A program made the position numbers and the translations under genes. A stretch of 28,000 nt of DNA. Origin: Blasia pusilla. Taxonomy: Eukaryota. Numbering within the stretch: the stretch's first letter is position 1; every line of letters starts with the position of its first letter. The stretch covers positions 49,972,001 to 50,000,000 of the forward strand of contig CM114271.1 of assembly GCA_050084515.1 (NCBI GenBank), read 5' to 3'. The notes beneath the pieces are model-generated. The model had not been told where the DNA came from, did no database searches, and was given only the letters and a program-made list of their open reading frames with translations. This document shows, in pieces, positions 13,691 through 23,439 of this stretch.

Positions 13691-13848
13691 AAAGCATTCC
13701 ATACATCAGAGAAACCATTCCAGTTCTCAGAGAAGCCATTCCACACAACAAAGAAGCCATTCCATGTGAAGGGTAAGCCATTCCATGGTGAAGGAAAGCC
13801 ATTCCATGTCAATGCAAAGCCATTTTGTATGTCAGTGAAGCCATTCTA
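13691..13848. repeat. Eight-copy array, core AAGCCATTCCA, exact 21-bp period, variable spacers
   Basis: CCATT core starts at 13694 (variant), 13715, 13736, 13757, 13778, 13799, 13820 and 13841. Confidence 0.95.
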
Positions 13849-15157
13849 TTGGTAATGGATAGGGGTAGGATCTTTTTGAAAGCAAGAATGTAGAATGGGA
13901 GCCTAATGTAGACTTCTTCATTCACCTCAAAACCCAATACATGCCTTTTGTTAAACCATGTCCAACCAGATTAGTAGAGGTTTGAATAACACTTTTGACA
14001 TGTGTTCTTTCTGTCTTATTAACATACAGGGAAACATTGATCACAAAATTGGCCTCCTCGAAATGGCCACATCTGATATGCTTGCAAGTGGTAGCTCTTT
14101 AACAAGGAGGATATTATGCATGAACAATATTTTCTCCACGACTCATTAGAGCCAACGAGCTTTCCTGGGATGACGATCATGTAGCATACATACCTTGGGA
14201 AAGATTACATGATTTCATTCTTGGCGAGGGGCATGGCAATGGAAGGAACCCAACAACATTCTGGAAAGGAATGTCAAGATTGGTTAAGGGCTGCTCTAGA
14301 GACATGGATGGAGGGGGTCCATTGTACACAATATACTATTGTGCGTATGGCCCAACTAATCTACGCCAAATGCATCAAGAGATTGTGCATAGATGGACAC
14401 TATCTTCTCCTATCCGTTCACATATTTCAAACTTGGATTATTGAAGAGAGTGGATGACCATTTAGTTAGGAATGGTTAGTGTGTTAATTTCACATCATCT
14501 CCTTTTGTTTTTTTCAGTTCTGCTGTCCCCAAAAGTGGAAGAGGTAGCAGGCCGCGCGGAAAAATTATCAGTAGAGGCAATAGTTGCAAACGTGGGTGTC
14601 GATGTCAATTTACAGTCCTTGAAATCAACACTCCTCCTTACGCTACAAAGATCACCTACAAAAATAGAGCTCACCTGGATAAAGACAACAAGGCATGCCA
14701 TGGAAGGGATGACGAAGCATGCATAAATACACCGAAGATGTTTGCTCCTAGGATTTCAAATGATGTGAAGAATTATGTGAAAGAGAGGCTTTGCTTGGGA
14801 GTTAAGCCCCACTAGATCCAATCCGAGCATTCAAAGATGTTGAAAGAGCGCTCGTTGACGGATCCCAACTTTGAGGAGAGTTTGACCCGAGATGACTTCA
14901 TGCAAATGCATGATATACGAAACATAAAAAAACAATTCAATCATGAGACATTTCTATATGCTAGGAGCAAGAACGAGTCCTTGAGCTTGTTTGTTGAGTA
15001 TTATTTTGAGAAGGTGTTCATTTACGAGCCTTACATGGATGAGACACGTCCATTCATTCTGGGATTCCCAAGCCAATGGCAGCTGAATGCTCTTGTAAAG
15101 TATGGATATGGCAGCGCCTTGAGCATGGATAGCACATTTGGCACAATTCGCAACAGG

Positions 15158-15282
15158 GTACTTGCTCTTACTTATTTTGTTGAAGAGATATTTCATGTGA
15201 AGTAAGTCTTCTTATTAGTTTCATTCATGTTTTGATGATTCCATATAAACATGGTACTAACACTTGTATTGATGTTTTGTAG
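15158..15282 (+). other. Phase-0 GT-AG intron (125 bp) of the host MULE transposase
   Basis: AGG/GTAC donor, CTAAC branch-like site and TTTTGTAG acceptor. Splicing joins MDSTFGTIRNR to FPSYTLVVFDD, matching the MULE core motif. Confidence 0.85.
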
Positions 15283-15306
15283 TTTCCCTCATATACTTTG
15301 GTGGTG

Positions 15307-15315
15307 TTTGATGAT
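15307..15315 (+). repeat. 9-bp target-site duplication, left copy (TTTGATGAT)
   Basis: Identical 9-mer at 27829-27837. Removing the insert plus one copy restores LVVFDD-HHSGIPVAWVLTSS. Confidence 0.95.
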
Positions 15316-15368
15316 GGGGGCTGGTATTCTGGCAGGAGAGAGTAAGAGAGGAGAAGAAGAGAGGAGAG
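15316..15368 (+). repeat. Left degenerate terminal inverted repeat (GA-rich)
   Basis: GGGGGCTGGTA...GGAGAGAGTAAGAGAGGAGAAGAAGAGAGGAGAG versus the reverse complement of the right end, GAGGTGCGGTAAGAGGAGAGGAAGAGAGGAAGAGAGGAGAG. Confidence 0.65.
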
Positions 15369-15568
15369 TCTCTCTTAAAAAAAAAGGGCCAAATCCGCCT
15401 CCTCTCTTCAAAACTTTATGACATATTTGAAATTTTTGTTTGCTTTCAAATCCATGAAATCTTTAGAAGAGAGTAGGTAGTGGTCCACATTTGGCCCTAA
15501 AAAAACCTACTTTTTCCTTGGGGCGAAAAAAAAGTAGACATCATAAGACCACTACAAACATTTTTCCA

Positions 15569-16475
15569 TCATTCTCCATGTGAGCCTAAGTTTCTTAACA
15601 TCTCCTCATCTCGGTCAACAAAAAGCAGTGCCCTTGGTATTTTTTTTGGAGGACCACCCGGATGCCAACCCTAAGCATCTACTCCAAGGCATCTACTGCC
15701 TGAAATTTCTACCTCATCTACTTCTGAACCTGCCCTAACTAAAGCCTCTCGAGCAACATTGATGGCATAGGCTCGACTGTCTCTTGGACATGCTTGAAGG
15801 TGAGATCTACCTCTATATTCTTCCCATGCTTGCTTCTTCTCAATCTGGTTCGAGCCCCGCCTCGTTCACACCTCCACTTAGCTCCACCTCCACAAATCTT
15901 CCAGAAATCACTCCTTGGATCCTCTCAACTCCATAGATCTCTCCCTTTGATTCTCAAGCTTTATGGCCTTCAAATGAGGTCCTCTAGGCTTCCATGAGGA
16001 ATCTTCTAGCCCACAAGAGTCCAAGCATTTGAGCTCAGCCTCCATTGACCTCTTCTTAACCCCTTATTCTTCATTTCTTGGCCCTAACAATCAGATCCAC
16101 CCCTTGGTTCAAAACCTCCTCTACAACAAAGACAATCAAGCACTCTATCTCCTTCATTGGATACCCTCGAGACTCCTAGTGCCTACACCATCTCCCTTGT
16201 CTCCTCTAGGCTTGAGGTCAATGGAGTGACTTGGCTGCATTATCACCTTGTACAATCTTCTTGACTTGTTCTTGGACAGATCTGGCTCTTTGGCCTTTCT
16301 CTTGCACCACCTCCACAAGTCCAAAAACATATTCAGAAAACTTTTACAAACACCATTATGGGTTCAAAAATCTCGCCCTTATTACCTCCGAAGGAACTCG
16401 AAATGTACATTGAACCTAGTCTATGATTTCTTCAGCCTCATCATCTACAAATTTACTCCTAACTCTCCTCGTGAT
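15569..16475 (-). pseudogene. Decayed coding-like segment in the left arm of the MULE, product unknown
   Basis: The minus strand is purine-rich and translates in pieces to RRVRSKFVDDEAEEI and QIEKKQAWEEYRGRSHLQACPRDSRAYAINVAREAL...PPKKIPRALLFVDRDEEML, with several stops. Confidence 0.4.
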
Positions 16476-16553
16476 GCATCAAAGGAATGTCCGGGATTCA
16501 AGTGGTCGCCCGCCGGTTGTAGACGGGGATCGAAAATGTTGGCGAATTCGAGA

Positions 16554-16593
16554 GCCTTGGCCCCCCCCTAGGTACCTAGGGGGGGGCCAAGGC
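16554..16593. repeat. Perfect 40-bp palindrome
   Basis: GCCTTGG-C8-TAGGTACCTA-G8-CCAAGGC is its own reverse complement with no spacer. Confidence 0.97.
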
Positions 16594-16628
16594 CCGCCTG
16601 ACTGCCTGATCCGAAAGGGTCCGATCAG

Positions 16629-16775
16629 GCAACCTGTCGGAATCAGACAGGTTGCCTGGAGGTGGTAAAAAGGGTCCAGTGGTCAAAAAGCGAAAAGTTG
16701 CAAGGAGGAGAAATCCGACGGGTTGCAGTGGTCATAAAGTGAAAATTGCAAGCAGGAGAAATCCGACGGGTTGCA
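16629..16775. repeat. 27-bp palindrome cluster 1 (3' of cargo gene)
   Basis: GCAACCTGTCGGAATCAGACAGGTTGC plus two half-degenerate copies ending TCCGACGGGTTGC. Confidence 0.85.
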
Positions 16776-17029
16776 AAGTAGAAGACCGTGGAGTACATAG
16801 ACGATCACATTCGAAAAGACAAAATGATCACCAAACATTTACAAGCAACACCTTTGATCGAAAAAATCTTCTGCTTTATATCATCCGAAAAAAGCTCAAA
16901 TCAGACATTTGATCTATTCTATGAAATCTTTTGCCAAATTATCAAAAACTCCCTACTCCAAACGCCAGTCAATAAGCCGGTCATTGAGTTCTTTGAACTC
17001 ACTCGTCATCGTCGAGAGCTCTTGCAAAA

Positions 17030-17486
17030 TCACTTTCGGCCTTGCCTCCTGATTTTGGGAATCATTGGAAGTGACGATGGAGTCACTACCAAGGGTGGCT
17101 CGAACCGAGCTCGGCTTCGTGGAGAGTTGTACGCCCCAACGAGCCTTTCAGATTCTCGCCTTTGCCTCCTTGCAAAGGTCAAACGATTCTGCCTTCCTCG
17201 AGGCGCGAGAATGTTCCGCCACTCGCCAGCGCCCCGATACTCGCCCCCGAAAGGCCCACTGTCGAACACCAAGTCACCCGGCCTTGAGCAGAGCTCGATG
17301 AGCGCTTGCATCGTGGTCGGGCGACTTTTCCTTCCTCCCGAAGCGGGCATGTCTTACATGTAAATTCCCGGGGAATCGTACAAACTATCTAAGTGCACCC
17401 ATCGAGCATGGATCCACAGGATCCGGATCTTGAACACTGGAAATGGTGCTCGGGCGAACAAAACAAGACACGAGGGAGTGGTCCAT
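17030..17486 (-). other. Last exon: amino-MTase motif X / SAM-binding motif I region
   Basis: ORF 17030-17350 gives TTMQALIELCSRPGDLVFD. Adjacent frames give EKS before it and GASI, RNILA[L]EE, SFDLCKEA after it. This parallels the EKP..L..LI...S.PGD.VLDPF.GSG.T..AA...GR..IG.E consensus of N6_N4 methyltransferases. Confidence 0.72.
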
Positions 17487-17990
17487 CTCAGAATCAAGAC
17501 GAAACAATGTCGAAACTAAAGAAGTCGTCTTGAGAAGATTTTCAATAATCGACTTTGGATCAACGTGTCGGAGTCGGACGGGTTGTTTTGTCTCGGACCC
17601 ACCCGCCGGGTTCCGACGGGTTACGATTGCTTTTGGGTTTCCAAGTTGATTTTGGTTTCGGATGCAACCCGTCGGAAGGCGACGGGTTGTCGCTCAGACC
17701 ACCCATGCTCGCCCGAGAGCAACCCGCCGATAGCAACCCGCCGCTATTAGATGGGTTGCATCCAAAACAAAAAATCGCAACCCGCCGTTCGACGGGTTTC
17801 CGTTTTCCTCAGATGTGGGAAAGATGCAACCCGCCGAAACCGACGGGTTGCTCTCACCGAGCATGGGTCGCTCTAAGCCAAACAACCCGCCGCCTTCCGA
17901 CGGGTTGCTCACGGAAAAAAAACCTGATCGACTCTCATTCTACACATCATTATAAGATAATTGAAATTATTGTACAGAATATAGCCTTAC
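17487..17990 (-). repeat. Predicted intron of cargo gene containing palindrome cluster 2 (~7 copies, 17560-17910)
   Basis: Minus-strand GTAAGG donor at 17990 and candidate acceptor at 17487. Contains copies such as GCAACCCGTCGGAAGGCGACGGGTTG and GCAACCCGCCGAAACCGACGGGTTGC. Confidence 0.75.
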
Positions 17991-20029
17991 CCGAATCTGA
18001 CTCGTTGCGGATCGGAGTGGGTACTCGTTTTTGATGATCCATGATTGTGCCGTCCTCCACTTTAGCGACCTCTTGACGCACTGGAGGTTGAAGAGCTCGT
18101 CCTCGCTCCTTCCGGGCCAACACCAAGAAGCAGCCCCGCCACTCGAGATAGGCGTCGCAAAGGAGAACAAAAGTGCAACTGGTCATAAGTGAGCGGCAGA
18201 TTCCACTCAGGTACCTCGTCCGCCGGATTTTCGCCCCAAAGTCGCAACCCCGAGGGCAAATTGGCGATCAAGAGATCCACCGCAACCTCTTCCACCACTC
18301 CATTCACCGTCCAGGCAACGTGCCCGTTTCGTTGGAGCTTCCTTCCAGCGTTGTCAATTTTTTGATGGCAGTTGTCGACACTTGAGAACTGAAGCTGTTC
18401 AACTCATCCAGTAAAGAGGTGACCTGAAGGAGGACGCTTGTCCGGGTCGTTGTTTGTCTGTGTCTTCCCAAGGATGATGGGCTGTATTCTCCTTGGGACA
18501 ACCCAGGCACCTCTCGCTTCGCTTCTCTAGTCCGGGACGGCTTGTCGGGTTTCGATGACCTCGGATTCTGGTGGCGTTTTCTTCGCCGAGGACCTGGTCC
18601 GACCCTCTTTTCCCGCTCGTCCGGACGATTCCGCCTCTGGCCTCTCATCTTCAGGCTCTCTTTGGGAAGTCTCGGCCTCTGAATTTTTCCTCCCCTCGCT
18701 TGCCTTTGAGACCGCTGTGGATTTGTCTTTGGCTGTCCGGACCTTGAAGCCAACTCACTGTCTCGTACCGCTCTTCGCATCTCCTCCGAAGAAGTCTTCA
18801 GCCGACAAAATTGGGGATGTCGTCTTGTCCTAAGGCCATTGCATCATGAAGCACTCTTAAGTCTTATCGGTGATGTCTTCAGTGGTCGTTGAAGTCGAGC
18901 CAAATGGGGCAATTCTCCACCTCCAAATCCGACATGTGCTGACCCATCTCCACGTCGTACATGGAGAATGTCTCTCCATCCGGCGGCGAAGCCCACAATT
19001 TCAAGGCAACCGGCAATTTTCCCCACCTACCCGCGTTCTTACACTGGACGAGGTACTTGAATACCATCCGTTGGGCAGCTTTTAGTCGAACATTATCGGC
19101 CGTCTGCTCCTGTAGATCTCGCTTCTTCTTCGCTTGATCCCGTTTGTTACCCTCTACTTTTCGTCAAGCTCTCGCCGAGGGAGGACGCAAACCTTGAACA
19201 TGGTCTTGAATCCAGGGTTCTTGGTTGGCTTGTCCCGGATGTCGTCGAGCCAAACCTCGTAATCTCCAGAACTTTCAAGGTTTGCTTCCGGCGGAATGGG
19301 CTCTAATCTTCTAAGCTCCGCTTGCAGACCGTCCAGCACGGACTTCCCGATTACCCGCAACGCGCCCCGAATGACCATTCGCGTAGCTAATGCGAGATCA
19401 CCGGATCGGACACACCTGGAGGATGGTGTGTCGCCCTCTTCCGGGCCTCTCGAGCCCTCGAGATCGATTTTCATCATCGTATCCTCTGAACTCGCTAATC
19501 CCGGATAACGCAAAACGATGCATGCGATCCAGCGACACTTTCTCCCCAATCCGACCATGCGGATCTTCATCCTCTTCGCCGACGCTTGATAATCGCCTTG
19601 AGCTCCTTGTAGAACTCCGGACCAAGTTGGGGTTAAGAATCTTGATGTATCGCTGCATCTTGCTCGCCGTGTATTTCGTTGCAGCAGAGACAAAGCAGCT
19701 TGATGAATTTGGCGCGCTCAGACGCAGATACCTTCTCCCTCCACTCGGCTCGGTCACGGCGCTTTTCTTCATGGCCTGTATCTTCGACCAAACAAAGGAT
19801 GGTAACGGCTGCATCTTGAGAAATAAACTTGTTTGCCCAAGTTTTCTTCTTAATTTGAGCACCCTTTGCAAGCATCTGATTGACGAGGCACGCCCAAGAA
19901 CCCTTGTACTCTCCCGGGTGCGTCGTAAGCACCTTCCTCACCCGATCGTAGTCCTGGATCCAATGGTGGATGATATTCCTCCGATACAATCGCACATCCA
20001 AACTCAACCCGCCAGGAAATTACATGGGT

Positions 20030-20904
20030 TCCTCGCAACCCGCCGGACTCGACGGGTCGTCCACTTCAGGGTCGGATTCTAGCAACAAGCTAAATGATGC
20101 AACCCGTCGGAGTCCGACGGGTTGCATTCAGATTTGCTAATGCCAGGTAAGCAACTCGTCGGAGTCCGACGGGTTGCTGGACTGCACGCTTTTTCAGATG
20201 TTTTTTTAAGATTGCAACTCGTCGGACTCCGACGAGTTGCAATCTTGAACATAGATTTAACTAGTTGTTGGCCCAAAGCAAACCCCGAGTCCGACGGGTT
20301 GCTGATAGGTCGCTTTGTGAGGTTGTTTTTTTAAGAATGCAACTCTTCGGACTCGACAAGTTGCTCGAGTGACAAAGAGTTTAGAAGGTTTTTGCCCCAA
20401 AGCAACCCGTCGGACTCCGACGGGTTGCTTGCCTCGAAGCTATTTTTCCCTAATCAACCCGTCGTAGTCCGACGGGTTGATTTCGGCCAAAAATAGTTTC
20501 GAGGCAAGCAACCTGTCGGACTCCAACGGGTTGCTTTGGGGCAAAAACCTTCTAAACCGCGTCCCTCGAGCAACTCGTCGGAGTCCGACGAAAGTTGCAT
20601 TCTTAAAAACAACCTCACAAGGCGGCTTGTCGAGCAACCCGTCGGACTCCGACGGTTTGCTTTGGGCCAAAAACTAGTTAAATCTATGTTCCATCAAACA
20701 AGTCGTCGGAGTCCGACGAGTGTCAATCTTAAAAACATTCGAAAATCGTAGTTTAAAACCCGTCGAGTCCCGAAGTTGCTTCCCAAGATAGCAAGAGGCA
20801 TTGAGTCCGACGAAGCTTTTATTCGCCTAAAAAACCTAACCCATTCATCAATAGCAACTCGCCGAGTCCTATCGAGGAACCGCGAAAGTGTTAAAGATAC
20901 TTAC
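20030..20904 (-). repeat. Predicted intron of cargo gene containing palindrome cluster 3 (~13 copies) arranged as a long foldback
   Basis: Minus-strand GTAAGT donor at 20904; perfect copies at 20099-20125 and 20402-20428; spacers mirror around 20467. Acceptor not pinned (about 19980-20030). Confidence 0.85.
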
Positions 20905-21429
20905 TTGTTCATGGCATGCATTGCCATCTCCACCGCCGCCATGTGATGAGGGTATGGGTGAAGGACCACCGTTTCATGAAATGTGCCTCCAATGAGTTGG
21001 GGAGAAGGCCCATCAAATTGGTCCACGCCATGAACTGTGATTTCCATCCCGGATGAAGAAATCCGATTCCTCATCCATTGAATTCAGCCCTCAACTTGCA
21101 TCATTTGAGTCCTGGTTGGATCCTCCGAAATTTGTCGAGATTTTCCAAGTCCTCCTGAACTTAACGGTGTAGAGCTTTGGGTTCCATGCTGCATTAAAAA
21201 TGAAACATAGAAGGGTTTTGAAAACTCCCAAACCCCAAGAAGGATTTGTTTTATTTTTCCGCCGCCCGATTGTTTTAGCTTTTTGCGATGTCCTCGCCCT
21301 TCAGTTCAGGACGTATTCCATTTTTCTTAATCGGCATAGTGGAATCCTCGGGAAGCGTTGTTGGCCCTCCATGAGTGCCATCCGCTTTACCACCGGATTG
21401 CCCAAAATACGCGGGACAAGAGGAATAAG
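20905..21429 (-). other. Exon encoding ParB/sulfiredoxin-like domain
   Basis: Across frameshifts: IRP..KGEDIAK, KLKQS, KPFYVS, FFIRDGNH[R]FMAW and ETVVLHP..HMAAVEMAMHAMN. A hydrophobic strand + DG.HR..A + helix ending in Asn is the ParB/Srx core pattern. Confidence 0.65.
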
Positions 21430-22411
21430 CTACATGAAATCCCAATGAATTGCAATTCACATAATTAAAAACGGAGGAACCTCTCTTACCCGCTCAAAAA
21501 TGGAGTCGGTTTCTTGACCACTAACTTGTCCGGAGATGGCGGCAAATCGACCGGGAACTCGTCGATCCGATAGAGGTCGATGTCCTCTCGGGCTTGGAGT
21601 CGAATGACCGCTCTCCGACTTCTTCCGCCATGTCCACCATCTCCCGCGTTCCAGGATGGCGGTCCTCATGACTCGCGTCATCGATTTGCGGTGTTGTTTC
21701 CACTATGTTGATTGTGTCCCGGACTTCGTGGGGACATTTCCCGCATCTCAACACTTGAAAAGTTGACGGCCTGGGCTATCGCCAATGGCTATCTTCATTC
21801 CTTTTCCCGCCGCTTTAGCCAATTCCGCCCTCCTCACCGACGCGATAGGAGGGACGCTTCTTTTCTCTCTTTTCATCGGGCGATCCTTTTCTTCAAGGCT
21901 GGCGACGCCTCAGCCTCTTCGTCTCGTTTATCTAGCGCCGCTTGAACACGTCTCGCCGGAGGGATTTCGGAAAAATGACAGAAAAGCACTTGGTTGTGCA
22001 TCTCCGCTTCCCTTTCCCGCTCCTCGATTTCCTGCCGCCTAATTTCATTCGCGAACGAGGTGGCAGAGAATCGAGAAGTCCTAATGGACTTGGGAATGAA
22101 GCTCCCGGACTTGTTGGCTTGTGTTTTTTCCTTGTCATTTTTTCTGAAGAAATCCCTCCGCCTATGTCCACGAAATTTAATCCCTTGATCAGTCGCTTGT
22201 TGATGTCAAGATGGGAGCTGGCTCGCTTGGTGGTTAGCTCGATCGCCCCGATATCGCCTGGCCGAACTGTCTTGTCTCGCCTCCTATCGACTCGCGATGT
22301 GTCAACATAGTGAAATGCCCCTTCAGATCGATCACGCTGTCATGAGGAGAGTGAGGAGTGGAGGAATGAAGATTGGAAATGAGAAACCGGAAATGAGCGA
22401 CTTCTCGACCC

Positions 22412-22419
22412 TATTTATA
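22412..22419 (-). promoter_or_regulatory. TATA box of cargo gene
   Basis: TATAAATA on the minus strand, followed by a pyrimidine-rich leader and ATG at 22343. Confidence 0.7.
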
Positions 22420-22514
22420 CTTTTCTAGTCGTTGGGCTGACCCGATTTGGGTCCCGTCGTCCTTTCGACGGCAAGAAACGTGCCGAATGTTACGGAAGAG
22501 AGGACGTTTTTTAA

Positions 22515-23245
22515 AAATCGCAACCCGCCGGAGTCCGACAGTTCCTCTTGCCCGCCATCCTGGGAACGCCGCCACGGAGGAGCAACCCGCCGAGCCCGAC
22601 GGGTTGAGCGAATCCGTTGTCTTCGGAAAAGAACGAGAGGTAAAACAACCCGTTGGAGACCGACATGTTGCGTGCCTCGCCATCTCGCGAACGCCGCCAC
22701 GCAGCATGCGAGCAACCCGCCGAGACCGAGGGGTTAAGCTCCTCCGCCGTCTTCGAAAACAAGTTGAGGTACTGCGCAAGCCGATGAGACCGACATTTGC
22801 GCCTCCCCCGTGTTTGGGACGGAACGGACGTATTTTGGGCAATCCGTCGAGTGGTGGGTTGCACGCTTCCCTCATCATGGGTTAGGAACGATGGCTGAAC
22901 ACCGTATCAAGTCGCCGGAGTCGGCTTGCTCGATTGATGCACCACGGCGCGACGCCTTGCGCAACCCGTTGGACGGCGACGGGTTGCACGCCTCGCCGTC
23001 TTTGGGCTCAAAGGCAAGGCACCCGCAGAACTCATCGGGAACAGACGGTTTGCACGCCTCCGGCATCTTCGAGCAAGAAGGAGCGGTATCCCAACAAGTT
23101 GTTGGAGAGCGACGGGTTGCTCGCTTCGACAATGTTTAGCAGAAGCGTGCAACCCATCCGATGCCGACGGGTTGCAGGCTTCGGTAAGCTCGGGTAATTT
23201 CTGAGTTACCACGACTCCGATGGGTTCCAAGTGATGCGCAACCCT
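22515..23245. repeat. Palindrome cluster 4 (~11 degenerate copies) in the bidirectional promoter
   Basis: Examples: GCAACCCGCCGAGCCCGACGGGTTG, GCAACCCGTTGGACGGCGACGGGTTGC, GCAACCCATCCGATGCCGACGGGTTGC. All lie between the two outward-facing TATA boxes. Confidence 0.85.
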
Positions 23246-23381
23246 CTGCTTCCCAAATCCGGTAACATATTGCAACACAATTGAATGTGTTACAGAATTG
23301 GATCCATTGTGTCAGACAATCTCCCCCACCGAATTCATCTTGTCAGTAAAAATCTGTCAGGAGTATGTGTTTCCTATTCAC

Positions 23382-23388
23382 TATAAAT
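23382..23388 (+). promoter_or_regulatory. TATA box of transposase gene
   Basis: TATAAAT followed by a (ATTCTC)3 leader and ATG at 23440. Confidence 0.7.
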
Positions 23389-23439
23389 TAAATATTCTCA
23401 TTCTCATTCTCAGTCTCCTCCCGTAGGAATCTTCTTGGA

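Larger units (their letters stand above)
14063..15315 (+). pseudogene. Host MULE transposase (plant SWIM zinc-finger/MULE family), 5' part, interrupted by the insertion
   Basis: Hand translation gives AYIPWERLHDFILGE, YYCAYGP, KRGCRCQFTV, HLDKDNKACHG, FAPRIS, LTRDDF and ALSMDSTFGT (first catalytic Asp). Intron 15158-15282 is followed by FPSYTLVVFDD, and the frame resumes at 27838. Confidence 0.88.
17030..22343 (-). pseudogene. Multi-exon cargo gene: ParB/Srx-like domain plus beta-class N4C/N6A DNA methyltransferase-like domain (frameshifted as assembled)
   Basis: TATA box at 22412-22419 and ATG at 22343. GTAAG donors at 21489, 20904 and 17990. Motifs: FFIRDGNH[R]FMAW at 21060-21023, VDLLIANLPSG at 18280-18248, and QALIELCSRPGDLVFD...GASI...RNILA at ~17310-17200. 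Confidence 0.7.

Noticed and set aside
16788-17363. 191-aa plus-strand ORF (likewise 19390-20082 and 21942-22310)
   Set aside because: Antisense shadows of the minus-strand cargo gene; no recognisable motifs.
20030-20870. CRISPR array (27-bp palindromic repeats with ~25-37 bp spacers)
   Set aside because: Eukaryotic intron context, no cas genes, spacers are mirror copies of each other, and the repeat is dispersed in several clusters through a transposon.
21189-21270. Apparent minus-strand splice acceptor (TTTTAATGCAG) at 21190
   Set aside because: The upstream sequence translates as plausible ParB-domain coding (KLKQS...KPFYVS) and no good donor was found, so it is treated as exon; RNA-seq is needed to settle it.
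22411-23278. Many overlapping ORFs with ATRR/QPVG/NPS.SDGL peptides (also at 16.6, 17.5-17.9, 20.1-20.7 and 25.5-25.9 kb)
   Set aside because: They are translations of the GC-rich palindrome on both strands, not genes.
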